Of a stretch of DNA of 64,000 nt, positions 9,842 to 19,141 are shown in pieces. A program made the position numbers and the translations under genes. The notes beneath the pieces are model-generated. The model had not been told where the DNA came from and did not search any database. It saw nothing but the letters and a program-made list of their open reading frames with translations. The stretch comes from Cenarchaeum sp. (GTDB taxonomy: Archaea; Thermoproteota; Nitrososphaeria; Nitrososphaerales; Nitrosopumilaceae): positions 1,120,001 through 1,184,000 of the forward strand of contig OZ242221.1 in the NCBI GenBank assembly GCA_965206845.1, in the 5' to 3' direction. Within the stretch, counting starts at the first letter, position 1, and each line of letters opens with the position of its first letter.

Positions 9842-10602
9842 GTGGGTTCTTCTGCAAACACGAGTGGTGGATCCGACTGTTCACACCCTGTCGCGACAGC
9901 CCCTCTCCATGCAGAGGATCAGATCTCCAGCGTACGCGCCGGACAGCTGAAAAATTTGATCGCAGAGTATGATGCCCCCGGGCACAGGATCTACAAAACA
10001 TGAAGATCCGGCCCGCATGACTCTTGCTACGGCGAACAGGAAAACCAGCAAGTGGTGCCAAAAAGAGATCCTGCCCTGGGAGATTGGGCGCCTCAGCATC
10101 TAGATCGCCAGCGGAACTAGGCCAGGAGGCTGGAAGCAAGACGCTGGGAGGTGGCCCTGCAGCCAGTCTACAGGAAATGGTGCCGGGTGATCCGGCGACT
10201 ATGTCTTGTGATTCTGCACCGATCTAGCATGACTTTGTGCTAGCCTGGCGCGCGGCTCCGCACAAAACCCACATCCAGATCTTACATAAAGTGCCGCTAC
10301 AAGCGCGAGATCGGCACCAAAACGAGGACATTTAGACACCATCTGTATTTGCAGAAGAACCTATGAAGAGCTGGCCCGTTTGAGACATGGACGGCTGAAT
10401 GCGTAAAGTATTCCACAGGCATGGCATCGGTCAAGTACCGCAGCGGATTATCGCACGACGCCGTGAATAGTGACGTCTTGGATAGTGCGTGTGTGTTTTG
10501 GTGTTCTAGCGGAATATGTGCGGATGTACAAGAAGAGCCACAACTAGGCTCCGGCACCGGAGAACCCAACATTAAATTAGCAACATAGGTGATTTCACAC
10601 TA

Positions 10603-11403
10603 TTGGAAGTGGATGAGCAGGACCTGCCGGAGCCCGGAGAGATCGTACTGGCCACCGTGACTAGGATCATGGACCATGGCGCGTACGTCAGCCTGGACGA
10701 GTACAGCGGCATACAGGGGTTTCTCCACATCTCCGAGATCGCCCCGGGCTGGATAAGGTCCGTCAGCAAGTTCGTCAAGCATGGCGAGAAGAAGGTGCTG
10801 CTGGTCAAGAGGGTGAACCTGGAGCGCTCCGACGTTGACCTCTCCCTCAAGCAGGTCTCCACGGATCAGAAGAAGAAAAAGCTGCTGGAGGTCAAGCGGT
10901 TTGAAAAGTCCCAGACGTTTTTGGAGAGCATCAAGGAGAACGCCGGACTCTCAGACGCCGGGCTGGAGAGCCTGGAGGACGATCTGTACAACAAGTATGA
11001 TTCCATATATGGCGCCTTTGTGGACGTGGCAAGAAACGGCATCGGCGTTCTTGACGGCATGGACATCTCAAAGAAGATATCAGACGCGCTCGAGGACGTC
11101 TGCAAGAAGATACGGCTCCCCTCGGTGGAGATAAGGGGCGTGCTGGAGATCTCAAGCAACCGTCCCGACGGCGTTGACGTGATCAAAAAGGTCCTGACAG
11201 GCGCCAGCAACAGCGAGCGCAGCCCCGGGGTGATGATCACGTACCTTGGGGCGCCAAGGTACAGACTGTCCCTCACCTCGCAGGACTTCAAGTCCGCAGA
11301 AAAGTCACTCAAGCCCATCCTGACCCAGATACGGCGCTCCATTGAGGCAAAGAAGGGGACCTTCAAGTTTGACCGGGAAGAGTCAAGGAAGACCAGGGAG
11401 TAG
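10603..11403 (+). CDS. eif2a: Translation initiation factor aIF2 alpha subunit
   Basis: LPEPGEIVLATV S1 domain, GFLHISEIAPGWIR, YLGAPRYR. Confidence 0.95.
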   Translation: MEVDEQDLPEPGEIVLATVTRIMDHGAYVSLDEYSGIQGFLHISEIAPGWIRSVSKFVKHGEKKVLLVKRVNLERSDVDLSLKQVSTDQKKKKLLEVKRFEKSQTFLESIKENAGLSDAGLESLEDDLYNKYDSIYGAFVDVARNGIGVLDGMDISKKISDALEDVCKKIRLPSVEIRGVLEISSNRPDGVDVIKKVLTGASNSERSPGVMITYLGAPRYRLSLTSQDFKSAEKSLKPILTQIRRSIEAKKGTFKFDREESRKTRE

Positions 11404-11405
11404 GC

Positions 11406-11570
11406 ATGAGGTTCCAGATTAGAAGGTGCAGCAGCTGCCGCGCATACACGCTGGAAGAGACATGCCCCAAGTGCGGCGGGCCCGCCGAGTCGGCGCACCC
11501 GGCAAAGTTCTCCCCCGACGACAGGTACATGCGGTACCGGCTCAGGGCAAAGTATGAGGAACAGGCCTAG
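11406..11570 (+). CDS. nop10: H/ACA RNP protein Nop10
   Basis: Manual translation MRFQIRRCSSCRAYTLEETCPKCGGPAESAHPAKFSPDDRYMRYR; canonical position after aIF2-alpha. Confidence 0.95.
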   Translation: MRFQIRRCSSCRAYTLEETCPKCGGPAESAHPAKFSPDDRYMRYRLRAKYEEQA

Positions 11571-14209
11571 GGCAGGGTGGCCGAGTTGATCCTGATCTCC
11601 AGTATCTCCGCCTGCCCGAGATCCAGCGGCTCGTTCTGATCGTCGGTCTCCAGCTCGGATATCGCATCTATCACGTCATCCCCCACAAAGACGCTGCCAA
11701 AGGCCACGTAGCCGTCGGCGATCCACGGGGTGCCGGAGTCTATTATGAAGAACTGCGGGTCGGCCCCGCCAAGGGAGGATCCCCTGGCGGCTGCCAGCAG
11801 GTATCCGGCATCGACAAAGTCATCAAATGTGGGCCCCGCGGGAAATCCCGGCGCGGCAGACGCAGGCAGGGCGGCCCCGGGACTGCCTCCCTGCAGCAGG
11901 ATTCCCGGCACGACCCGGTGGAAGAATGCTCCGTTGTACGCGCCGGCATCTGCCTGCGCGACAAAGCCCTCGACCAGCTCGGGCTGCGTCCTCCTGTCAA
12001 GGAGTATGCCTATCTCTCCCTGGCCGGTGCTGATGGTGGCTATCTCAAGCTGCCTCTGCGTGGATGCGACCGGCGGCGCCTGGCCCGGGACATAGTCCTG
12101 GTTCACCTCGTAGATGAACACGCCCACTATGGGGCCGGACTCGGCGGCAAAGCTTGGGGACGAGTAGGCCAGCCGCAGCGGCCCGTCCCCGTCCGCTGGG
12201 AGCTTGACGTTCTTCTCCAGCAGGGCCAGGGTGTTGGGCTGCCAGTCGGGCGCCTGCTCGCCGGTCTCCGGGTTTATGTACACGCGCGGCGAGAACGGGA
12301 TCATGCTTCCCAGCATCGTGTTCTCCCAGAAGAAGTTGGTCTCCGTGGACTGGTCCTCGTGGAGGTACCTTGAGAGCGGTTCCTCGGCTATGCGTATGAA
12401 CCAGTAGTTCTTCTGCTCGTCCCCGCCCCCGTTGAGCACGTAGGTGGGAGGCTCGCTGCCGATGCCCAGGGCGGCGATAAAGATCAGCACGTAGTCGGCC
12501 TTCAGCTCCTGCAGCTTTGCCCACGCGTCGTCGGGGTGGCTCAGCATCATCCTTGCCAGATCGGCTATGCGCTTGTCGTCTGACGTGAAGTTGTCGGCCA
12601 GCGTGGTCCGCTCACCCAGCGTGGTGATCCAGTACCCGTAGTCCCACCAGGCGGCGACTATCGAGTCGGGAGGGGTGCTTGTCCTTATCCACTCCAGCGC
12701 GTGGTGCCAGTCGTTGGAGACCACGCCAAAGCTTGTCCCGCCGTTGAGTATCGTGGGGGGCGCCTTGACGCCGGTGATCCAGTTCCCGTCGGCGGGCGCC
12801 ACGGTGGGTATGATCAGGAGCATGACGATGGCCGCCACGAAGGATGCCTGCATGAGGTTTCTTGTCCTGCCCCGGGACCTCCGGTCCGGATTCTCCGGAT
12901 GAAAGAACATTCCCGAGATTATGGACAGGGCGAGGGCGGAGAGTATGATGACCGCTATCGCGGCAAATATCTCCAGCCTGATAAACGCCGAGCTCACGTA
13001 GACGCCGGTGATTCCCAGGATCAGCGCGAACGCGGCCATCTCGGGCTTTTCCCGGAGGGGGCCGTTGATCTTGCCGGAGAGCAGCAGCCAGGCGCCGATT
13101 CCCGCAAATATCATCAGGACCGACAGGAACCAGAACGACGTGCCGGTGTCGGCCGTTGCGTGCTCTGCCACCGAGTCCACAAGGGGGTGGATGGTCGTCA
13201 GGAACGGGTTGACGGCGTTGAGGTACCGGAAGGAGGGCAGGGGTATGAACTGCTGCAGGGAGTTTACGTAGAGCAGCAGCATGGATCCGGCAAAGCTTCC
13301 CAAGAGAAAGATCAGGCTGTTTCTCAGCCCCGCGGCGCCGCTCCGCGTCTTGATGAGTATGATTGCCGCCATGAGTATGGTCGGCACGACTATGGTTATG
13401 CCGCCCAGGCCGGCGACAAACTCGAGCCCCGGCCTCTCAAATAGGAGGACCGTGCTCAGGAATACGGCCCCAAAGAGCGGGACTATCCAGAGCAGGAACC
13501 TGTGGTCGCTTCTGAAGAACGGCAGGGCCAGGATGAAGATCGCGATCGGTATCACAAAGTACTGTATCCCGCCCCAGGATGCCAGCCCGAAGGAGAGAAA
13601 GAGGCCGCCGGCGGCAACCTTTGCTGCCGCAACCCTCCTGTCTGCGGATCTTATTCCGCTCAGGAAGAGGTACATGGCCAGGAGCCCGTAGAACAGGCCC
13701 ATGGGCTCTGACTTGAACCACCCCATGGTGCCCCGGACGATTATGGCTGGGGAGATCGCAAAGAACAGGGCCGCGAAGAGCCCCGCGCCGGTCCCGCCGA
13801 TGGTGCGCACCAGGGCAAAGATCACCACGGCGGTGAGCGCGCCGACGACCGCGGGAAAGATGATTATGAACGAGAGCAGATCCATGCCGCCGCCAAATAG
13901 GTAGTACGTGGCGGCCGCGGTGATGTGCAGCATTATCTGGGACGTCGCGGAGACGTCCCGGCCGTTGGGATACCATGACATGTAGTCGTGCCATTCGTAG
14001 TACTCCTCAAGCCCGTTCTCCACCAGGAACTCGGTCGCCCTGTAGTTGAAGTAGGGATCAAACTCGTTCAGCTCAAAGCCGTAGTCCGCCCCCTGGAAGC
14101 GGATCATGGACGAGAGCGAGAACGCTATGATCAGGATCCCTATGACGAGCAGGTGGCTGCGCCTGAACTCAAAACCGCGTACAGAGAAGAGCCGGGTATC
14201 AGTTATCAA
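11567..14209 (-). CDS. aglB: Oligosaccharyltransferase AglB/STT3 with C-terminal cyclophilin-type PPIase-like domain
   Basis: EFDPYFNYR, SVAEH, AWWDYGYWI and LADN STT3 motifs; last ~165 aa carry FFHRVVPG.LLQGG, QFFI and VAFGSV cyclophilin motifs. Confidence 0.9.
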   Translation of the reverse strand: MITDTRLFSVRGFEFRRSHLLVIGILIIAFSLSSMIRFQGADYGFELNEFDPYFNYRATEFLVENGLEEYYEWHDYMSWYPNGRDVSATSQIMLHITAAATYYLFGGGMDLLSFIIIFPAVVGALTAVVIFALVRTIGGTGAGLFAALFFAISPAIIVRGTMGWFKSEPMGLFYGLLAMYLFLSGIRSADRRVAAAKVAAGGLFLSFGLASWGGIQYFVIPIAIFILALPFFRSDHRFLLWIVPLFGAVFLSTVLLFERPGLEFVAGLGGITIVVPTILMAAIILIKTRSGAAGLRNSLIFLLGSFAGSMLLLYVNSLQQFIPLPSFRYLNAVNPFLTTIHPLVDSVAEHATADTGTSFWFLSVLMIFAGIGAWLLLSGKINGPLREKPEMAAFALILGITGVYVSSAFIRLEIFAAIAVIILSALALSIISGMFFHPENPDRRSRGRTRNLMQASFVAAIVMLLIIPTVAPADGNWITGVKAPPTILNGGTSFGVVSNDWHHALEWIRTSTPPDSIVAAWWDYGYWITTLGERTTLADNFTSDDKRIADLARMMLSHPDDAWAKLQELKADYVLIFIAALGIGSEPPTYVLNGGGDEQKNYWFIRIAEEPLSRYLHEDQSTETNFFWENTMLGSMIPFSPRVYINPETGEQAPDWQPNTLALLEKNVKLPADGDGPLRLAYSSPSFAAESGPIVGVFIYEVNQDYVPGQAPPVASTQRQLEIATISTGQGEIGILLDRRTQPELVEGFVAQADAGAYNGAFFHRVVPGILLQGGSPGAALPASAAPGFPAGPTFDDFVDAGYLLAAARGSSLGGADPQFFIIDSGTPWIADGYVAFGSVFVGDDVIDAISELETDDQNEPLDLGQAEILEIRINSATLP

Positions 14210-14387
14210 CGCATGTGGGCGGGGGCGCAAAGAATATTACTCTTTTGTGGGCTTGTGCGACAAAATACCGCCTGCCGCGCCAAGCCAGGCGTGCAGGCAC
14301 TTCTGCGTGTGCAGATCCATGCCTGGGGGCCTTGCCGGGGCCCACGGTTCGCGCTGTTTAAACACAAAAAGTGCAACGGGTACCACA

Positions 14388-14534
14388 ATGACTGGAACCG
14401 ACACCAAACCGGTATCCGATCCGGCAGAGGATGAGAGTGGCGAGGCGGAGATGGACGGGGAGAGCTTGCACGAGTTTGTAGAGGAGACACTGCGCAAGAA
14501 CAAGGCGGTGTACGAACGGTTGGCCGATACTTGA
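14388..14534 (+). CDS. 48-aa acidic small protein
   Basis: ATG 14388 about 25-30 bp after TGTTTAAACA; MTGTDTKPVSDPAEDESGEAEMDGESLHEFVEETLRKNKAVYERLADT. Confidence 0.5.
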   Translation: MTGTDTKPVSDPAEDESGEAEMDGESLHEFVEETLRKNKAVYERLADT

Positions 14535-14834
14535 GGATAAAACCAGTCTGGCATGATCTGCCGGATGCCCACGAACCTGTAGGCCGTCTCTGGATCCGTG
14601 GCCGGAGAAAGCCCCATGGGGGGATCTGTCTTGGCCCGGATGCCTGGTCAGGATGCGGGCCATATCTTGCACGGTGCGCCGCCGGCTGCCGCTTGGGACA
14701 CGGGGTATCCGGGGCGCACATCCCGGCGCACGGGCAAATGCGTGATCGCGGATCCCTGGATCCCGCGGGCGATCATTCCTATAAAGCTACAATCTGACAA
14801 AGCTTTAATTAGTACAAGCTAAGACGTGAGTCTT

Positions 14835-15047
14835 ATGGGACGAAGCTACCAAGAATGGATAAATCAGCAGGATCAGGCACTAGTTGCCAAGGTTAGAGCT
14901 GGCGACGAGGACAACAAGCCCCTCCTTAACCAGATCAACTGGATCTGGGTTGCAAACCTTATGGCACAAAAGGCGGACCTGAACCCAAGTTCTGCCGAAC
15001 TACTTGACTGGGTAACCTCCGGTCAGATCGACGCAATGAGAAAGTAA
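14835..15047 (+). CDS. Small hypothetical protein (thaumarchaeal-type)
   Basis: Own TATA box (CTTTAATTA near 14803) and T-rich terminator; MGRSYQEWINQQD...WVTSGQIDAMRK. Confidence 0.75.
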   Translation: MGRSYQEWINQQDQALVAKVRAGDEDNKPLLNQINWIWVANLMAQKADLNPSSAELLDWVTSGQIDAMRK

Positions 15048-15061
15048 GATCTTTCACATAG

Positions 15062-15087
15062 TTCTCTTTTGTTTTTTCTTTTGTTTC
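15062..15087 (+). terminator. Oligo-T archaeal terminator
   Basis: TTCTCTTTTGTTTTTTCTTTTGTTTC shortly after the stop at 15047. Confidence 0.55.
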
Positions 15088-15293
15088 TAATGTGGACATG
15101 ATCGCGGCTTGGCGCGGGCTCGTCCGGCGGCAGTTTTTTGCTCCCTCATCGGCGATCAGACTGGCACAGCCCGGGTTCCGAGGACTTACGCACGGTTTGC
15201 GGCACATGCGATCGACATAACTCTATAACCCCGTTATGGATTTCAATCATAGTTTAAATAGCAATCTCAAGATTGTTTAGTTAAGTGAAATAA

Positions 15294-15596
15294 ATGCCAA
15301 TAGCAATACTTCCTGACATAGACGAGCAGAGATGTATCGGATGCGCACTTTGTGTGGAAATCTGTACAACTCTCGGTCCAGACGTACTCCGCGTAAAGCC
15401 CGTTGAGGGCTGGAAGAGGGGAAAGGCATTTGTCTTTTATCCGGAGAGATGTATCTCTGACGGCGCATGCATCGGCGTGTGTCCGACAAAGTCCATCTTC
15501 TGGATGAGGCCAATGAACTACACCGCCGGACAGCCGGTACCTCTTCACGCAAACGGAGTCTTCCAGAAAGGCTGGGCAGAAGACGCCGCCCTCTAG
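15294..15596 (+). CDS. Dicluster [4Fe-4S] ferredoxin
   Basis: CIGCALCVEIC and CISDGACIGVCP motifs; TATA TTTAAATA upstream and T-tract at 15614-15630 downstream. Confidence 0.92.
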   Translation: MPIAILPDIDEQRCIGCALCVEICTTLGPDVLRVKPVEGWKRGKAFVFYPERCISDGACIGVCPTKSIFWMRPMNYTAGQPVPLHANGVFQKGWAEDAAL

Positions 15597-15719
15597 GCGG
15601 AGTCTCTGTACATCTCTTTTTTCATTTTTTAGATGCGACCTCTTCGGGCCGGTCATGCCGCGCGCCCCAGGCTGTTGTACAGGCGGCACGCTGGCCCCTT
15701 TGCATGGCGTATTGTGGTA

Positions 15720-17240
15720 TCATGCCTCTGGGACGTGGTGCGGGTTCTGGCCCATGCGCCTCCTCTCGGTCTTGATGCCCTCTAGCATGGCATCAAGGAA
15801 CGCATCCTCGGGCAGGTACGTCACCTCAAAGCGGTTCCTCTCAAAGAATGTGCGGAACGTCTCCCTTGTCTGCCCAAACCGCTCCGGGGCGTACTCCTGG
15901 CGGCTCATGACGTGGTGGGCCGCAGGGTACATGTCGGAGATCTCGATTGGTATCGGGCCCAGAAACGGGTTGTAGCTGCAGAACTGTACGTCGTCAGACT
16001 CTAGCCTCCTTCTTGCCGCGGCGTACTGCGGGGAGAGGTATGCCGGCTTTATGTCGGCATCCGCGAATATGCACAGGGTTCTCTTCTTTGAGGTGAACCT
16101 GCGCACCATGCGGTGGTACGAGGTTATCTCGGGCCGGAACTGGTCCTCTGCCGCAAAGAGAAAGATGGCCCTGTCCTTGAATTTTGCGGTGCCGTCTGCA
16201 AGGTACTGGTGGTTCTCCGTCAGGACGTCGCCCGCCTCAAAGAGCTTGGGGTGCGCCCGCAGCTTCTTGAAGACGTACTCCCACAGCCTTCCCTCGTGTA
16301 TGGCCTCCCGCGTCCGGTTCACCTCGGCCTTTATGGCGTGCAGGTTGTGCAGGGCCAGGTTGTTGGTGCGGTCGGGGTGGCCAAGGGCGTGCAGCTCCTG
16401 CGGCGTGTGCCGGGAGCAGACCTCGCAGGGGCAGGAGAAGCAGCTCATCTCTGCCAGGTGCCGCGTCCGGTCCTCCGTGATGTACCTGCCCTGCTTCGCG
16501 TACAGCACGTAGGACGCGGAGTCAAACGTGTCGCAGCCCAGGGCGACTGCCAGGGGTATGGTGAGCGGGTGGCCCGCGCCAAAGAGGTGCAGCGGCAGGC
16601 CCGGCGGCATCTGCCTCTTTGCGTGCATGATCATCTGGGCCAGCAGCCTGTACCGGTACGACTTCATGAACTCCACCGGGCTTCCCAGTGCGAGCATCTC
16701 AAAGCCGTACCCCACAAGGGACCTGGTGGATCTCCGGACCAGATCCATGTGCTCGCCGCCCTGTATGGGGCCAGCCCATATCTGCCCGTTGTCGGGGGAA
16801 TCCTCCAGGGTCCTCTTGGAGACCTTCAGGGTGTGCTTCACGTGGCGCAGGGCCACGTCCCGGGGCAGCCCAAACCCCGTGGGTCGGTCCAGCGGTATCG
16901 CGATGTCTGAGTCTATCGCGGTCTCAAAGGATGCCATCTCCTCTGGCGTGACGTCCAGGTCGCCGTACTCCAGCACCTGGTACCCCCCCGAGTCTGTCAT
17001 TACGGGGCCGTCAAACCCTATTATGTCGCGTATTGGCCTGCTGGTGTCGCCGTAGTTCTTTCTTGCCAGGTACGCGTTGGTGATCACAAGCTCGAATCCC
17101 AGCTCGTGAAACTTTGCCGCGGGTATGTTCTGCCTGACCGGGTGCAGGACCGGAACGTACGCCGGGGTGCTTACCCTTCCGTGGTTGGTGGTGAGCACGC
17201 CTATCCTGCCGGCAAGGTCGCTCTTGAGGATCTCAAACAT
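15720..17240 (-). CDS. tgtA: Archaeosine tRNA-guanine(15) transglycosylase
   Basis: MTDSGGYQ, LHLFGAGHP, GCDTFDSASY and the C.C.VC zinc site. Confidence 0.93.
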   Translation of the reverse strand: MFEILKSDLAGRIGVLTTNHGRVSTPAYVPVLHPVRQNIPAAKFHELGFELVITNAYLARKNYGDTSRPIRDIIGFDGPVMTDSGGYQVLEYGDLDVTPEEMASFETAIDSDIAIPLDRPTGFGLPRDVALRHVKHTLKVSKRTLEDSPDNGQIWAGPIQGGEHMDLVRRSTRSLVGYGFEMLALGSPVEFMKSYRYRLLAQMIMHAKRQMPPGLPLHLFGAGHPLTIPLAVALGCDTFDSASYVLYAKQGRYITEDRTRHLAEMSCFSCPCEVCSRHTPQELHALGHPDRTNNLALHNLHAIKAEVNRTREAIHEGRLWEYVFKKLRAHPKLFEAGDVLTENHQYLADGTAKFKDRAIFLFAAEDQFRPEITSYHRMVRRFTSKKRTLCIFADADIKPAYLSPQYAAARRRLESDDVQFCSYNPFLGPIPIEISDMYPAAHHVMSRQEYAPERFGQTRETFRTFFERNRFEVTYLPEDAFLDAMLEGIKTERRRMGQNPHHVPEA

Positions 17241-17275
17241 GCCTGCGCGTTGGGCAGCGGGTTATTAATTCCCAT

Positions 17276-17818
17276 TCAGTATGCAAAGTACCTCCTCAGG
17301 TCATCTCTCTGCAGCACCTGCGACAGCCAGTCCACGGCGTCGCCCGTGGTCCTGTGCCCCAGCGCATGCATCGCCAGATCCCGCACGGCAGTCGGCGTCC
17401 TGCCGGTTACGTCTATCTGGGTCACCTTTGCGATGCCAAAGCTCCTTGTGGCGTCGTACGCCACTATGCCCAGGATCTCACTCTGCAGGTTCTGGGACGC
17501 CTTGCGGGCCGGATATCCCCTGTCCCGGTATGCCCTCTCCAGGTCATAGGGGCTCCGCCTCAACACCAGCGCCCTCTCCACCTGGGACTCGGCAACGACG
17601 TAGGGCGCCAGGTGTCCCACGACTATGGTGTCATCATCCAGGTATGGGGGAAGCAACTCCCGCAGCATGTCGGTGTCGACGCTCCGGTCGTCCTCGGCCG
17701 CGCCCAAGCGCTGCGCCAGCGCGGATATGTCAAGCGTCCTGCGGTGCAGCGACTCTGCCAGCAGGGCCGACAGGGTGTGCTTTCCCACCCCGGGGTTTCC
17801 GGTTACTATGATCGGCAC
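17276..17818 (-). CDS. Adenylate kinase AK6/Fap7-like nucleoside monophosphate kinase
   Basis: VTGNPGVGK P-loop, IVVGH, RGY...K..NL.SE. Confidence 0.85.
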   Translation of the reverse strand: MPIIVTGNPGVGKHTLSALLAESLHRRTLDISALAQRLGAAEDDRSVDTDMLRELLPPYLDDDTIVVGHLAPYVVAESQVERALVLRRSPYDLERAYRDRGYPARKASQNLQSEILGIVAYDATRSFGIAKVTQIDVTGRTPTAVRDLAMHALGHRTTGDAVDWLSQVLQRDDLRRYFAY

Positions 17819-17947
17819 ACCCGTACTGGGGCGGATCCGGTTAATTTACTGTGCTGTATCTGCGCCGCCCGGGAGGCAGCCTGCGCCCCGGCGCGGGGAG
17901 ATCCGGCATCAAAGTGTTTATGTGTGGCCGTGGCATGGCGGATCCCT

Positions 17948-19141
17948 GTGCAGATCGGTCTATTGGGCAAGGCAAACGTCGGCAAGTCCACGTTCTTCTC
18001 TGCGGCGACGCAGACGCAGGTCCAGACAGGCAACTTTCCGTTTACCACCGTGCAGCCAAACGTCGGCGTGGCGTATGTGGAGTCGGAGTGCGCCTGCAGG
18101 CACCTGGGCATAACGCACGAGAACAGCCTGTGCTCCGGCGGCACCCGGCTCATTCCAGTAAAGATAATCGACATCGCGGGGCTGGTTCCGGGGGCCCACC
18201 AGGGCAGGGGACTGGGCAACCAGTTCCTTGACGATGCCCGGCAGGCCAGGGTGCTGATACATGTGGTGGACATAGCGGGGGCCACGGACCTGCAGGGACA
18301 GCCCGTCTCCCCCGGGAGCCACGATCCGCTGGAGGACGTGAAATTCGTCCAGGAGGAGTTTGACCAGTGGTTCCTGCAGATACTGATGCGGGAGTGGAAC
18401 AAGCTGCGCCGGGAGCTGGTCCAGAAGAGGGCCAGCCTGGCAGACGGCATAGCGCGGCGCTTTAGCGGCCTGGGGGTGGAGAGCCACCAGGTGCACCAGG
18501 TCCTCCAGGAGATGAACCTGCTGGTGAAGAAGCCCGACAACTGGACCGACGGCGACAGGCTGGCGCTTGTCGTCGGGCTCAGAAAGATGACAAGGCCCAT
18601 GATAGTAGCGGCAAACAAGGCAGACCTGTGCCGGGACCTTGCTGTCACAAAGGGCATCACCGGGTGCGACGTGGTGCCGTGCAGCGCAGAGGCCGAGCTG
18701 CTGTTGCGCAAGGCGTCCGGCGCGGGGCTTGTGGAGTACGCCCCCGGCGCCGGCACGTTTGCCGTCGGGCCCGGCGTGCAGGTGTCCGCCCAGCAGAGGA
18801 GGGCGCTGGAGACGGTGCGCGCCATACTTGGGAGGATCGGCACCACCGGAGTCCAGCGGGTGCTGAACGCCGCGGTCTTTGACATGCTGGGCATGATAGT
18901 GGTGTATCCGGTGGAGGACGAGACGAGGTTCACCAACAGGGACGGCGAGGTGCTCCCCGACGCAAGGCTGCTGCCTGCCGGCTCGGGTCCCCGGGATCTG
19001 GCCGCAACCATCCACGCGGATATAGAGAAGGGGTTCCTGTACGCCATAGACTGCAAGAAGAGGCAGAGGGTCGGCGTGGAGCACAGGCTCCAGAACGGGG
19101 ACGTGGTCAAGATCGTCTCGACGGGAAGCAGGGGGGCATGA
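17948..19141 (+). CDS. ychF: YchF/Obg-family redox-regulated ATPase/GTPase with TGS domain
   Basis: GKANVGKST, FPFTT, DIAGLVPGAH.G.GLGNQFL, ANKAD; start placed at GTG 17948. Confidence 0.9.
   Translation: MQIGLLGKANVGKSTFFSAATQTQVQTGNFPFTTVQPNVGVAYVESECACRHLGITHENSLCSGGTRLIPVKIIDIAGLVPGAHQGRGLGNQFLDDARQARVLIHVVDIAGATDLQGQPVSPGSHDPLEDVKFVQEEFDQWFLQILMREWNKLRRELVQKRASLADGIARRFSGLGVESHQVHQVLQEMNLLVKKPDNWTDGDRLALVVGLRKMTRPMIVAANKADLCRDLAVTKGITGCDVVPCSAEAELLLRKASGAGLVEYAPGAGTFAVGPGVQVSAQQRRALETVRAILGRIGTTGVQRVLNAAVFDMLGMIVVYPVEDETRFTNRDGEVLPDARLLPAGSGPRDLAATIHADIEKGFLYAIDCKKRQRVGVEHRLQNGDVVKIVSTGSRGA

Noticed and set aside
10310-10510. Possible degenerate MITE (CACCAAAAC ... GTTTTGGTG)
   Set aside because: Only a 9-bp inverted match, with no clear TSD or second copy in the window.
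11567-11570. Convergent genes sharing a CTAG stop palindrome (also 48837-48840)
   Set aside because: Common compact convergent overlap, with no evidence of special function.
17354-17947. N-terminal extension of YchF (similar extensions for the histidine phosphatase, TIM, metzincin and HD ORFs)
   Set aside because: Overlaps opposite-strand genes or promoters; family motifs start at the downstream start codons used here.
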